Assembly (NCBI GenBank): GCA_030427725.1
Contig: JAUICV010000002.1
Span: 69,013 to 133,012 of the forward strand
Direction: 5' to 3'
Length of the DNA: 64,000 bases
Origin: Chlamydiia bacterium
GTDB lineage: Bacteria; Chlamydiota; Chlamydiia; Chlamydiales; GCA-2402025
Shown: positions 1 to 10,653 of the stretch, piece after piece
How positions within the stretch are numbered: position 1 is the stretch's first letter
Layout of the letters: the number at the start of each line of letters is the position of its first letter
The notes under the pieces: model-generated
The model's database searches: none
What the model was told of the DNA's origin: nothing
The model's input: only the letters and a program-made list of their open reading frames with translations
Made by a program: the position numbers and the translations under genes

Positions 1-326
1 AAGATTTTCAACTCATCTAGCGCCTGAAGAAAAGCTGATGGCATATTTGAGGATGTGATGATATGGCATTTTCCACTAGAAAACATATGTCTTTGATAAT
101 GACTTTTCACAACTTGCGAAATAGCTTCTTCTAAACCATCTGTCAAAACAAAGTCATAATGAGACAGCGCTCCGAAAAAATCATAAACTTTCCCCAACAG
201 AGTTTTCAGAATTTCATATCGTTTGTTAGAAAACTGTGTCCAAAAGCATCCATGCCCATCATCGACAACTTGGATTTCTTGTGAAGATAGGTCTAAAATA
301 ATTTCTTTATTTTCTTGGCTTACCAT
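1..326 (-). CDS. Class V aminotransferase / cysteine desulfurase-like protein, N-terminal part (gene runs off the left edge)
   Basis: Not in the ORF track. My own reverse-complement translation from the ATG at 326-324 gives MVSQENKEIILDLSSQEIQVVDDGHGCFWTQ...DGLEEAISQVVKSHYQRHMFSSGKCHIITSSNMPSAFLQALDEL, open to position 1. The TDG..EA......HIITS pattern resembles NifS/IscS N-termini. Confidence 0.4.
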   Translation of the reverse strand, partial: MVSQENKEIILDLSSQEIQVVDDGHGCFWTQFSNKRYEILKTLLGKVYDFFGALSHYDFVLTDGLEEAISQVVKSHYQRHMFSSGKCHIITSSNMPSAFLQALDELKI

Positions 327-330
327 ATAT

Positions 331-1014
331 CTATAAAGACGTTTTTGAAAATTTTGTTCCGTCGTAAGTATAACATAGAGGCTCCCCTGTTGGAATCTCA
401 AATTTGACAATTTCCTCAGGGGTTAAATTTTCAAGCTCCATAACAATCGCTCTTAAGGAGTTTCCATGAGCTGAGATAAGAACGTGTTCTTTGTTCTCTA
501 AATGAGAAATAATTTTTTTTTGAAAATATGGCCAAGCCCTATTTTTAGTCATTTTGAGACTCTCTCCCTCTGGAGGTGGAGTGTCATAACTTCTTCTCCA
601 TTTTATAAACTGCTCTTCACCATATTTTTTTTTGACTTCGTCTTTATTTTGCCCTTGCAAAGTCCCATACATTCTTTCATTAAGATCACTCGACATAAAG
701 ACCGGAATTAGCTCGCTTTCGGCATTTGCGTTATGAATTTTAGCCATTTCCAAATGAGATTTATCATTCTCATGAATGAAGCACGGAACCTTTTTATCTT
801 TATGCTTTGACATAGCTAACATAGCTGTCATTTGAGCTCTAATAAGCGTTGATGTATAAATCACATCAAAAGGGATATCAGCTATTTTGCTTCCCGCTGA
901 AAAAGCTTCCTCTATTCCTTTCTCACTAAGAGAAACATCTACCCATCCAGTAAATAATTTTTTTTTATTCCATTCTGATTGCCCATGTCTGAGTAGAACA
1001 AGTTTTGCGACCAT
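331..1014 (-). CDS. gpmA: 2,3-bisphosphoglycerate-dependent phosphoglycerate mutase
   Basis: LVLLRHGQSEWNKKKLFTGWVDVSLSEKG catalytic-His motif, SAHGNSLRA second His motif, typical length of 227 aa. Confidence 0.9.
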   Translation of the reverse strand: MVAKLVLLRHGQSEWNKKKLFTGWVDVSLSEKGIEEAFSAGSKIADIPFDVIYTSTLIRAQMTAMLAMSKHKDKKVPCFIHENDKSHLEMAKIHNANAESELIPVFMSSDLNERMYGTLQGQNKDEVKKKYGEEQFIKWRRSYDTPPPEGESLKMTKNRAWPYFQKKIISHLENKEHVLISAHGNSLRAIVMELENLTPEEIVKFEIPTGEPLCYTYDGTKFSKTSL

Positions 1015-1077
1015 ATATTCCTCCTTGAACGCTATGGCTGCACCCTAACATGTTGGTTCCTATTTCATCAAATAACG

Positions 1078-1111
1078 AAAAAGCATCCTATTTTCATAGG
1101 ATGCTTTTTTT
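1078..1111. terminator. Bidirectional rho-independent terminator between acs and gpmA
   Basis: Stem gcatcctat / ataggatgc with a 4-nt loop. An A-run lies on one side and a T7 run on the other, so it reads as a terminator on either strand. Confidence 0.6.
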
Positions 1112-1132
1112 GAAATAATTAAAAGCTGCAGA

Positions 1133-3043
1133 TTACTTTTGAAATAACCCTTGAATAACTGCCTCATTTTCCAATGTCGTTGTATCTCCAGGCTTTTGTC
1201 CGAGGGCTATATTTTTTAAAAGCCTTCGCATAATTTTCCCACTTCTTGTTTTAGGAAGCTCTTGGACAAAAAAGATAGCCTTTGGCTTAGCAATTTTTCC
1301 TATTTTGTCTGCAACGATTTCTTTTAAAGAATCCTTCATCATTTCAGCACTGGCAACACCATCTTTAAGTACGACAAAAGCGCAAATTGCCTGCCCTGTG
1401 ACCTTATCTGGAATTCCAATAACAGCAGCTTCTACGACCGCTTCATGTTCTACTAAAGCACTTTCCACTTCCATAGTGCCTATTCTATGAGCAGATACAT
1501 TGATCGTATCATCAATACGTCCTTCTATCCAGTAATCCCCATTTTCATCTTTAAAAGCGCTATCCCCGGCAAGGTAATATCTACCACCCCACTTATTCCA
1601 ATAGGTTTGGATAAATCGTCTATTATCTCCATGAATACCTCTCAACATAGAAGGCCAAGGGCTTAGAATAGAAACATACCCTTTAGAAACAGGATTCCCA
1701 AGATCATCGAAAACCTCAGCCTCGATTCCTGGAAGAGGCTTTCCAACACACCCAGGTTTCATATCCATGATAGAAGGAATTGTACTAAGGATTATGCTTC
1801 CAGTTTCTGTTTGCCACCATGTATCAACAATTGGACATCTTTTTTGCCCAACCTGAGTGTGATACCAATGCCAAGCTTCTGGATTTAGAGGCTCTCCAAC
1901 ACTTCCCAATAGTCGTAAAGAAGACAAATCCTTCCCCTCAAGATACTTTTCTCCCCATTTCATAAAAAGCCTAATAGCTGTAGGAGCGGTATAAAGCGTC
2001 GTGACTTTGTATTTATCGATGATGTCCCAGATCCTATCTTTTCCAGGCTGATCAAAGCTCCCTTCGTAAACAACTTGCGTCATCCCATTGGATAGAGGCC
2101 CATATACAACATATGTGTGTCCAGTTATCCAACCAACATCTGCTGTACACCAAAAAATATCTTTTGGTTTTACATCAAATACAATTTTTGTCGAAGTGTT
2201 CGCTCCAACTAAATAACCTCCGGTAGAATGAACAATTCCTTTTGGTTTCCCTGTAGTTCCAGAAGTGTACAAAATAAAAAGAGGATCTTCAGCCTCCATT
2301 ACCTCAGGTTTGCAGTAAGGCTCCTGTTTTTCAACAAGATCCTCAAACCAAACATCTCTGTCGCTGTCCATTGTAACATTTTGATTAGACCTATCAACGA
2401 CTAAGACTTTTTCTATGCAAGTCAGTCCTTCTACAGCTTTGTCTGCAATCTTTTTTAGTTCTGTAATTTTCCCTTTACGTATGCCGCCGTCTGCTGTGAT
2501 CAAAATTTTAGCATTAGCATCTAACACTCTATCTCTCAAAGACTCGCTTGAGAATCCAGCAAATATAACTGTATGTACAGCACCAATACGAGCGCATGCT
2601 AACATTGAGGCTATAGCTTCGGGGATCATAGGAAGATACAGAGCGACACAGTCACCTTTTTTCACCCCAATTGATTTGAGAGCGTTAGCGATCTTATTCA
2701 CTTTTAGGTAAAGCTGTTCATAAGTATAGCTTTGTTGATCACCTCTTTCTCCTTCAAAATAAAGAGCTACTTTATCTTTGAGAGGCGTGTTCATAAACCT
2801 ATCTAAACAATTAACTGAAGCGTTGAGTTTCCCACCATCAAACCACTTCGCAAAAGGAGAATTCCATTCGAGCACTGTGTGCCATTTTTTATTCCATGAT
2901 AACTGCTCAGCGCAAGCTTCCCAAAAGGCAATGCGGTTCTTTCCTGCGTATTCATGCAACGCATAATTTTTAATGTTTGATTCCTGAACATATTTCTGAC
3001 TAGCGGGGACACTTTGAGATTCAACTAAAAAAGAACTTACCAT
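1133..3043 (-). CDS. acs: Acetyl-CoA synthetase (AMP-forming)
   Basis: YTSGTTGKPKG AMP-binding motif, WWQTETG, and a C-terminal PKTRSGKIMRRLL motif. The ORF track starts at a GTG at 3061, but the ATG at 3043 is preceded by aaggag. Confidence 0.9.
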   Translation of the reverse strand: MVSSFLVESQSVPASQKYVQESNIKNYALHEYAGKNRIAFWEACAEQLSWNKKWHTVLEWNSPFAKWFDGGKLNASVNCLDRFMNTPLKDKVALYFEGERGDQQSYTYEQLYLKVNKIANALKSIGVKKGDCVALYLPMIPEAIASMLACARIGAVHTVIFAGFSSESLRDRVLDANAKILITADGGIRKGKITELKKIADKAVEGLTCIEKVLVVDRSNQNVTMDSDRDVWFEDLVEKQEPYCKPEVMEAEDPLFILYTSGTTGKPKGIVHSTGGYLVGANTSTKIVFDVKPKDIFWCTADVGWITGHTYVVYGPLSNGMTQVVYEGSFDQPGKDRIWDIIDKYKVTTLYTAPTAIRLFMKWGEKYLEGKDLSSLRLLGSVGEPLNPEAWHWYHTQVGQKRCPIVDTWWQTETGSIILSTIPSIMDMKPGCVGKPLPGIEAEVFDDLGNPVSKGYVSILSPWPSMLRGIHGDNRRFIQTYWNKWGGRYYLAGDSAFKDENGDYWIEGRIDDTINVSAHRIGTMEVESALVEHEAVVEAAVIGIPDKVTGQAICAFVVLKDGVASAEMMKDSLKEIVADKIGKIAKPKAIFFVQELPKTRSGKIMRRLLKNIALGQKPGDTTTLENEAVIQGLFQK

Positions 3044-3228
3044 TGTCACATTCTCCTTCACACAATTTTTCTATTAATGGCCTTCTATCCTGAAGATCTT
3101 CAAAAGAAAATTCAAGAATTTTTTTTGAACTCTTGCAGAAGATCAAATTTATCTGTGTTTTAATATTTAATATAATTACTATCGCCGATACTTACTTAAC
3201 AACTAGTGAATCATTCATCATCGCGCTT

Positions 3229-4104
3229 ATGAAAACGTTTTTGTTCGGCAGTCTTCTTTTTTTAAATTTGATAACAACCTCTCAAGCTAATAGTGAAACT
3301 ATTGACTTAGAAAGATTCAGAGTAAGTTTTGCTGAATCAATGGGGAAAAGCTACAACTTCCCTCAATTGACAAAATCTTTCCAATGTTACGAATCATTTT
3401 ATAACCGGTTCCACTTTTTGAAAGTAAGAGAAAGAAAACCTAGACGCTTCAAGGCCATACCTAAAATCATTCATCAAATCTGGATTGGCCCTAAAAAACT
3501 CCCCAAAAAATGTATTCCTCTAATGAAATCTTGGACTAGGTTGCACCCTGACTGGGAATATAAACTTTGGAATAACGAAGATCTGAAATCGTTTAAATGC
3601 TTTTCTGGTCGCGCCATTTCAAGCTCGAAAAACATCGGCTCCAAAGTAGACATCTTAAAATATGAGATTTTATATCGGTATGGAGGTGTTTACATCGATG
3701 CTGATTTCGAAAGTCTCCAACCTCTGGATATCTTGGTAGAAAATTCTAAATTTTTTGTCGGCCTTTTTGCAAACGATATCATCGGCAATGGAATCATCGG
3801 AAGCATAGCTCAACACCCTATTTTAAAAACTCTTCTAGAATTTTTCAAAAAAACCGAACGACTTTCTAGAAATAACCCGTTAAAACAAACTGGCCCATAT
3901 ATTTTTTCCAAGTATATAAAATCATATCTAAATAAAAACCCAAATGATCCACTCGTTGTATATCCTACCTCTTTTTTCCACCCCTATCCAATTAATCAAC
4001 GCAACAAATACTGGAAAGGTAATTGGACCACAGAAAAACTGAGAAAGCACTTTGCTAAACCAGAGACCTTTGCCATTCATTACTGGGCTAATGCTTGGAA
4101 ATAA
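3229..4104 (+). CDS. DXD-motif glycosyltransferase (GT32 / Gly_transf_sug-like) with N-terminal signal or anchor
   Basis: PKIIHQIWIGPKKLP, HPDWEYKLWN and KVDILKYEILYRYGGVYIDADFE match the sugar-binding DXD family. The ATG at 3229 gives MKTFLFGSLLFLNLITTSQA. The track's TTG start at 3133 looks like an upstream extension. Confidence 0.7.
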   Translation: MKTFLFGSLLFLNLITTSQANSETIDLERFRVSFAESMGKSYNFPQLTKSFQCYESFYNRFHFLKVRERKPRRFKAIPKIIHQIWIGPKKLPKKCIPLMKSWTRLHPDWEYKLWNNEDLKSFKCFSGRAISSSKNIGSKVDILKYEILYRYGGVYIDADFESLQPLDILVENSKFFVGLFANDIIGNGIIGSIAQHPILKTLLEFFKKTERLSRNNPLKQTGPYIFSKYIKSYLNKNPNDPLVVYPTSFFHPYPINQRNKYWKGNWTTEKLRKHFAKPETFAIHYWANAWK

Positions 4105-4105
4105 C

Positions 4106-5083
4106 TCACCTTTGACCGTTTTCAATAGGCTTTGAGTTGGCTTCTTTTGGGAAAAGCACAACAACTAAAACCACTCCTAGAATAACTAGACAGATTCCTA
4201 TAACTTCATAAAAGTCAGGTTTCACTTTGTAGTAAAAAAAATCCAATAACACCGTAAAAATTAAACTAAAATAAATAAATGGTGTCACTAGCCGCGCTGG
4301 CGAAAATCTAACAGCTACAACAAAAAGAGATTGAAACAAAACTCCAGCTATTCCTATTGACCCTAAAATGAGTAGATCCATCCTAGACGGTCTAAACGGC
4401 ACATAAAATGATGAAATTGCAAACAAAACAACCCCCATAAGAGAGGCTAAAAGAAACGTATACCAAAGAATTTTTGGAGACGACTCTGTTCGATGCAACA
4501 CCCTTGCACTAACAGAAGAAATTGACCCTAAAACCCCTGAGCCAAGCCCAAACAAAGCTCCATAGTTAAAAAAATTTCCAGATGGTTTTAAAATCAAAGC
4601 TATTCCTATCAAAGCTAAAGACAACCCCCACCAACTATTTCCATGAATTTTGATTTTCAACCAAAATCTAGCCACAAATGGAACAAACACCGGAATGGTT
4701 TGAAAAAGGATAGTTGCCGAAGATAGCGTCGTGTGTCTAAGAGCTAAATAATAACAATAGGATGCAGCACCAGCTGTTGTAGCCCTTAAGATCATAAGTT
4801 TTATTTTATGAGTTTTTACCACATGTTCGATAATATTTTTTCGAGCAACTAATAGAGTCCATGCCGAAATTAAAAAAAATCCTATAAAGTATCTTGCAAA
4901 AAAGATTGTCTCAGAGGTCATGGTCTCGACCCCGGTTTTCACAAACGCCCCCTGCAACGCCGCAAAAATACCAGCAACTAATACAAAAGGTATTGAAATC
5001 ATTAAATTATTTTTTAACTCTTTTGGCAAAATCTCCTCCGTGAAATCAAAAAATATTAGCTCCCTATTTGTGTTTATACACAA
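4106..5083 (-). CDS. EamA/DMT-family transporter (start codon uncertain)
   Basis: About ten hydrophobic helices arranged as two EamA-like halves. The track start is a TTG, and an internal ATG at 5002 is also possible. Confidence 0.7.
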   Translation of the reverse strand: MCINTNRELIFFDFTEEILPKELKNNLMISIPFVLVAGIFAALQGAFVKTGVETMTSETIFFARYFIGFFLISAWTLLVARKNIIEHVVKTHKIKLMILRATTAGAASYCYYLALRHTTLSSATILFQTIPVFVPFVARFWLKIKIHGNSWWGLSLALIGIALILKPSGNFFNYGALFGLGSGVLGSISSVSARVLHRTESSPKILWYTFLLASLMGVVLFAISSFYVPFRPSRMDLLILGSIGIAGVLFQSLFVVAVRFSPARLVTPFIYFSLIFTVLLDFFYYKVKPDFYEVIGICLVILGVVLVVVLFPKEANSKPIENGQR

Positions 5084-5120
5084 AATCTTGTAAAATCCCT
5101 CAAAAATTTCATGGTTTCAT

Positions 5121-5816
5121 ATGAAAACTAGACTTTCTAAATTTTTATCTTCTGCAGGCGTAGGCTCAAGAAGGACTTGTGAAAAATTAATTTTTGAGAA
5201 AAAAGTCTCCGTCAATAATAAGGTTGTTACTCTACCTCAATTTCCTGTCGATAAAAACGACCAAGTTTTTGTCTGTGGTCAAAAAATTAAGAAAAAACAA
5301 GTTAACTTTTATTTAATGCTGAATAAACCTAAAGGATACGTCTGCTCTCACGCTCGCGAGCAAAATGAAAAGCTTGTATATGACTTGGTTAAAGAAGTCC
5401 CTGCAAGGCTCTTTACTCTAGGAAGACTCGATAAGCTCACGACTGGCCTAATTATTCTGACTAATGACGGAAATTTTGCGAACAAAGTCATTCATCCATC
5501 TAGCAACATCTCTAAAGAATACTTGGTAAAAACCTCCTATGAAATCACATTGGATCACTTAAAAAAATTATCTGAAGGATGCCCAGTTGAAAACAAATGG
5601 GTAAAACCAAAAAAAGTTACAAAAGTTAGAAAAGGCACTTTAAAAATTGTCGTGCAAGAAGGATTGAAGCATGAAGTTAGAAAACTTGTCGCAAATGCTG
5701 GACTTGATCTTTTAGAACTAAAGCGTATTCGAATAGGCGGATTATCTTTAGGAGCACTACAAGAAGGTCAATATGTGTTTTTACAAGATAAACATCTCGA
5801 GCAACTTGTGCACTAA
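5121..5816 (+). CDS. rluB: RsuA/RluB-family rRNA pseudouridine synthase
   Basis: N-terminal S4 domain (RLSKFLSSAGVGSRR) and catalytic GRLDKLTTGLIILTNDG motif. Confidence 0.8.
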   Translation: MKTRLSKFLSSAGVGSRRTCEKLIFEKKVSVNNKVVTLPQFPVDKNDQVFVCGQKIKKKQVNFYLMLNKPKGYVCSHAREQNEKLVYDLVKEVPARLFTLGRLDKLTTGLIILTNDGNFANKVIHPSSNISKEYLVKTSYEITLDHLKKLSEGCPVENKWVKPKKVTKVRKGTLKIVVQEGLKHEVRKLVANAGLDLLELKRIRIGGLSLGALQEGQYVFLQDKHLEQLVH

Positions 5817-5886
5817 AGAGCCAAAATCTTTAAAATAAATGAGCAGTTGGGTATAAAAACAATCTGATTATTCACGATAGATTATT

Positions 5887-6561
5887 ATGTTAACGATAGC
5901 AAAATTATTTGGTAAGTCACCTTTTTCTCCTTTACAAGGTCACATGAAAAAAGTGGGTACATGCATCAAAAAACTCTCAGAGATTTTTGAAACCCTTGAA
6001 AAAAAACAGTATGGAAAAATAGCATCCTTAGTTGACGAACTTTCCAAACTTGAACATGAAGCAGACCTTACAAAAAATGATATCCGAAATCATCTTCCAA
6101 AAAGCCTTTTTCTACCTATTGATCGATCCCAACTTTTAGAGATTTTATCAATCCAAGACTCAATTGCTGATAAAGCTGAAGAAATTGGAAATTTACTACT
6201 ACTTTACCCTGAAGAAGGCTTTCAAGTTTTCACCTCCACCTTTGGTGACTTTTTTCATAAAAACCTCGAAACCTTTTGGGATGCGAGACAAATCATCAAA
6301 GAATTTGATGAATTGTTAGAGTCATCGTTTGGCGGAGTGGAAGCTGAAAAAGTAAAAGCCATGGCAGATCAAACCTCTTTTAAAGAGCACCAAGCAGATG
6401 TGCTTAAGACTCAAGTTAGAAGAGAGTTTTTTCAAGTAGCGGACAAATTATCCCCATCTATTTTTTACCTTTCAACGAAATTAATAGATGAGGTTGGATC
6501 GATTTCCCACATATCTGAATGTCTGGCAAATCGAATCCGAACAATATTAGAACTAAAATAA
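5887..6561 (+). CDS. PhoU-like / DUF47 phosphate transport regulator
   Basis: Helical 224-aa protein directly upstream of a PiT transporter. The N-terminus (FGKSPFSPLQGHMKKV) is typical of the TIGR00153/DUF47 family that pairs with PitA. Confidence 0.7.
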   Translation: MLTIAKLFGKSPFSPLQGHMKKVGTCIKKLSEIFETLEKKQYGKIASLVDELSKLEHEADLTKNDIRNHLPKSLFLPIDRSQLLEILSIQDSIADKAEEIGNLLLLYPEEGFQVFTSTFGDFFHKNLETFWDARQIIKEFDELLESSFGGVEAEKVKAMADQTSFKEHQADVLKTQVRREFFQVADKLSPSIFYLSTKLIDEVGSISHISECLANRIRTILELK

Positions 6562-6595
6562 CTTAAGCCAAATTGCACAGTGAATTAAGGAGTTT

Positions 6596-8020
6596 ATGGG
6601 CATTGAAACAATTTTAGTAGCTATCGTTTTGATCGTCGGCTTTTATATGTCTTGGAACATCGGGGCTAACGATGTCTCAAATGCCATGGGGACATCTGTT
6701 GGATCAGGAGCTCTAACGTTAAAAAAAGCCATTTTCATAGCAGCTATTTTAGAATTCTCTGGCGCTTTTCTTTTAGGATCTAATGTTTCCAAAACCATGC
6801 AAAGTGGTATCGTTAACCCTTTGACATTTGTTGGAGATCCCTCTTTCTTTCTTTATGGGATGGTTTCAGCCTTACTTGCCACGTCTATTTGGCTTCAGAT
6901 TGCCTCTTACTTTGGGTGGCCAGTTTCTACAACTCATGCAATAGTCGGAGCCATTTTAGGCTTTGGTGTTGTTATCGGGGGAGTCCATTCCGTTCAATGG
7001 TTAGAAGTTGGATCAATAGCTCTTTCATGGGTCATTTCACCAGCACTTAGTGGACTTTTTGCTTTTTTAATTTTTAGCATATTACAAAGAAAAATCCTCT
7101 ATGCAATGAACCCTGTCGTCGCCACAAAAAAACTACTCCCTCTACTCATTAGTTTAGTATTTATTACCTTTACCTTAAGTGTTTTTGCAGGTGGCTTAAA
7201 AAACATCCATTTTCAACTAACCTCGATTCATGTCTTAGTCATTTCTTTAGGTGTTGGGGTTGTAGCTTTTTTGATTGGGCATATTTTAATGAGGAAAGTC
7301 ACTCTTCCTGATGGGATGAATTTAAGAAACAAGCCTAACTATGCTCAGCAAATTTTCAGTCTTAATAAAACACTAAAACACCTTCAAAGAGCTCGTATAG
7401 CTTCTGAAGGAGACACCAAAGAAGAAATTTCTGGCATCCTTTCCAAATTGAAAGGATTAAACGAAAACTTGGCAAAAGATTCCCAAAATCATTCCAAACA
7501 ATCCCAGTATGAAGTGGTAGAAAAACTTTTTGGATTCTTGCAACTTTTGAGTGCTTCCTATGTTGCTTTTGCACACGGAGCTAACGATGTTGCAAATGCT
7601 ATCGGACCTGTTGCAGCAGCGCTTGATGTTGTCAAAACAAAAGCTGTTAATTTGAACCCAAAAATCCCTGTATGGCTTTTAGCACTTGGTGGTTTAGGAA
7701 TAGTTGTTGGACTCGCTACATGGGGATGGAGAGTCATTCAAACTATTGGAAAAAAAATCACTGAACTCACTCCGACTAGAGGATTCAGTGCAGAATTTGG
7801 TGCAGCTATAACGATTTTGTTAGCATCAAAACTTGGGCTTCCTATCTCAACTACACACTGTATTGTAGGAGCTGTTCTTGGTGTTGGTCTAGCAAGAGGA
7901 ATTTCGGCTCTAAATTTACGTACGTTAAAAGATATTGCTCTGTCTTGGGTAGTCACCATCCCATCTTCTGCGATAGTCTGTATCTTACTTTTTTATCTGA
8001 TCAAAACAGTCTTTGCGTAA
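6596..8020 (+). CDS. pitA: Inorganic phosphate transporter, PiT family
   Basis: Duplicated GANDVSNAMGT / GANDVANAIGP signature motifs, polytopic membrane protein with a central hydrophilic loop. Confidence 0.9.
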   Translation: MGIETILVAIVLIVGFYMSWNIGANDVSNAMGTSVGSGALTLKKAIFIAAILEFSGAFLLGSNVSKTMQSGIVNPLTFVGDPSFFLYGMVSALLATSIWLQIASYFGWPVSTTHAIVGAILGFGVVIGGVHSVQWLEVGSIALSWVISPALSGLFAFLIFSILQRKILYAMNPVVATKKLLPLLISLVFITFTLSVFAGGLKNIHFQLTSIHVLVISLGVGVVAFLIGHILMRKVTLPDGMNLRNKPNYAQQIFSLNKTLKHLQRARIASEGDTKEEISGILSKLKGLNENLAKDSQNHSKQSQYEVVEKLFGFLQLLSASYVAFAHGANDVANAIGPVAAALDVVKTKAVNLNPKIPVWLLALGGLGIVVGLATWGWRVIQTIGKKITELTPTRGFSAEFGAAITILLASKLGLPISTTHCIVGAVLGVGLARGISALNLRTLKDIALSWVVTIPSSAIVCILLFYLIKTVFA

Positions 8021-8103
8021 TTATCAATTTTTCAATTGATGACCTAGCTAGATTTATGATAATTAGGTAATTTCAATAAATTACCAGTCAGTTAATAATT
8101 TTT

Positions 8104-10653
8104 ATGAGTCCCAACTTAGATTTTGATACAGAAAGTGTCATAAATAAAATTAAACATTATCTCATTACGACGATGGGGCGCACCTCTCAAAACGCAACGG
8201 ATGAAGAGTTTTATCTAGCTTTTTCTTGGGCTCTTCGTGAAGAGGTCATGATTAACTGGACCGCTACAAATAATACCTTTAAAGAAAAAAAAGTTCGAAA
8301 GCTCTACTACCTATCTATGGAATATATGCCAGGAAGGCTTCTCGGGAACAACCTCACGAACATCTCAGTTATTGACCTTGTTAGATCCGTATTAACGGCT
8401 ATGGATCGCGATTTTTCTAAAATCATGTCTTTAGAACCTGAAATTGGCATTGGCAATGGAGGGCTTGGAAGGCTTGCATCTTGTTTTTTAGATTCTTTAG
8501 CAACTCTTCAATATCCTGCGCTTGGATATGGTATGAGATACCAATATGGGATCTTTGAACAAGCGGTGAAAAAAGGCGTTCAAATAGAGAAACCTGAATG
8601 TTGGCTCCTTAGAGAGAACCCCTGGGAGTTTAGAAGGGATAATCACGCCGTCCAAGTTGACTACCGAGGAACCTTAAATCCAATACACAATGACGCTGGA
8701 GAAGAAGTCTATGCACTTGACGATCCAGAAAGTGTTAGAGCGTTGCCGTATGATCTTCCAATCATCGGCTATAACCCAACTCCGAATTTCTCAGTTTTAT
8801 CTCTGCGGGTATGGTCAACAAAAGAGTCTCCTCACAACTTTCAATTGCAAAGATATAATGCAGGCCATCTAGACCAAGCAGCAGAGAACACAGGCCTTAC
8901 CGATGTATTATATCCAAATGACAACCACGAAGCAGGCAAAAGAATTCGACTGAAGCAAGAGTTTTTATTAGTCTCTGCTTCTCTGCAAGATATTATTAAT
9001 CAACATTTAGGGGTTTTTGAAAACATGACCCAGTTTGTTGATAAAGTTCGGATTCAAATTAACGATACTCATCCAGCTCTAGTCATTCCTGAACTTATGC
9101 GTCTACTATTGAAAGACCATCATTTTAAATGGCATGATGCGTTAGGAACTGTCCAAGCCGTTTGTAGCTACACAAACCATACAATCCTAAAAGAGGCTTT
9201 AGAAGAGTGGAATGAAGAGAGAATGCAAGAGCTCTTACCAAGGCAGTATCAAATTGTTTGTAAGCTAAATAAACAATTCTGCACAGATGCTGTTGAAAAA
9301 CACCCTCACAAACAAGCAAATTTAGAAGAGCTCTCAATCATTTCTCATGGACAAGTTAAAATGGCTAACCTTGCAATCTTTGGATCCCATAAAGTGAACG
9401 GGGTTGCAAAACTACACTCTGAAATATTAAAAAATGATCTCTTTAAACCTTTTTATGAGATTTATCCAGAAAAGTTTACAAACGTTACTAACGGTGTCAC
9501 TCAAAGAAGATGGCTCTATTACTCAAATCCCCTATTAGCTGAATTTATTACTAAAAGAATTGGCAATGAATGGATCAAAGATTTTTCTAAAATCAAAGAT
9601 CTTTCTAAATTTGCTGAAGACACAAACTCCCAAGAAGAATTTTTATCAATAAAGGATCAGAACAAGAAAAACTTCATCCAATATTTAGAAGACACAAACT
9701 CCGTTGATTTATGTGGGCAAGAAACCTCAGTTTGTCTTTCATCTGACGCTCTTTTTGATGTGCACATCAAGAGATTTCATGAATATAAAAGACAACTGAT
9801 GAATGCTTTGCACGCTCTTATACTGTACCAAGAGATCAAAGAGAACCCTTCCGCAAGACCGATTAAAAGAGTTGTGTTCTTTGGGGGGAAAGCAGCTCCT
9901 GGATACAAAATAGCCAAAGATGTGATTCGGTTTATTTTTTGTCTTTCTAGAAAAATTTTAAAGGATCCAATTGTAAAAGATCATCTTAGGGTTATTTTTA
10001 TCCCCAATTATAATGTTTCAAAAGCTGAAAAAATCATTCCAGCAGCTGATCTATCCGAGCAGATTTCAACGGCTGGAATGGAAGCATCAGGTACTGGCAA
10101 CATGAAACTCTCAATTAATGGAGCTCTGACAATTGGGACAGATGACGGAGCTAATGTTGAGATGAGAGAACATGTCACAGATAAGTATTGGCCGTTTAAA
10201 TTTGGATCGTCTGCTTCTGAAAATGCGCAAATGAAACATGATCACAGCTACAACCCTAAAACTATTTATGAGTCTAATAAGCACATTGCAAAGGCCCTTG
10301 ATGCTCTCGTTGATGGCAGTTTAACTGAAAATGATGAAGAGGCAAAAGCCCTAGAAGAAATTCATCAATCGCTTCTTTCAAATGGCCATGATAGATATTT
10401 TGTTCTTAACGATCTTCCTGATTACTATGAAACACATAAAAAAGTAGAACAGCTTTATGCAACGCCAAACGAGTGGGCAAAATTTGCACTTATGAATATT
10501 TCCTCTCTTGGAGATTTTTCGGCTGATATTTCTGTTCAAAATTATGCTACAAACATTTGGGATATCGAGCCCTGTCCTCCAAGTACCGAAGAGCTTTCTA
10601 GGATTAGAAAAGAATATGCAGATCTAGACAGATGTCGCATTTTGCCTCATTAA
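8104..10653 (+). CDS. glgP: Glycogen/maltodextrin phosphorylase
   Basis: 849 aa with GNGGLGRLASCFLDS, INDTHPAL and EASGTGNMKLSINGALTIGTDDGANVE (PLP-lysine region). Confidence 0.93.
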   Translation: MSPNLDFDTESVINKIKHYLITTMGRTSQNATDEEFYLAFSWALREEVMINWTATNNTFKEKKVRKLYYLSMEYMPGRLLGNNLTNISVIDLVRSVLTAMDRDFSKIMSLEPEIGIGNGGLGRLASCFLDSLATLQYPALGYGMRYQYGIFEQAVKKGVQIEKPECWLLRENPWEFRRDNHAVQVDYRGTLNPIHNDAGEEVYALDDPESVRALPYDLPIIGYNPTPNFSVLSLRVWSTKESPHNFQLQRYNAGHLDQAAENTGLTDVLYPNDNHEAGKRIRLKQEFLLVSASLQDIINQHLGVFENMTQFVDKVRIQINDTHPALVIPELMRLLLKDHHFKWHDALGTVQAVCSYTNHTILKEALEEWNEERMQELLPRQYQIVCKLNKQFCTDAVEKHPHKQANLEELSIISHGQVKMANLAIFGSHKVNGVAKLHSEILKNDLFKPFYEIYPEKFTNVTNGVTQRRWLYYSNPLLAEFITKRIGNEWIKDFSKIKDLSKFAEDTNSQEEFLSIKDQNKKNFIQYLEDTNSVDLCGQETSVCLSSDALFDVHIKRFHEYKRQLMNALHALILYQEIKENPSARPIKRVVFFGGKAAPGYKIAKDVIRFIFCLSRKILKDPIVKDHLRVIFIPNYNVSKAEKIIPAADLSEQISTAGMEASGTGNMKLSINGALTIGTDDGANVEMREHVTDKYWPFKFGSSASENAQMKHDHSYNPKTIYESNKHIAKALDALVDGSLTENDEEAKALEEIHQSLLSNGHDRYFVLNDLPDYYETHKKVEQLYATPNEWAKFALMNISSLGDFSADISVQNYATNIWDIEPCPPSTEELSRIRKEYADLDRCRILPH

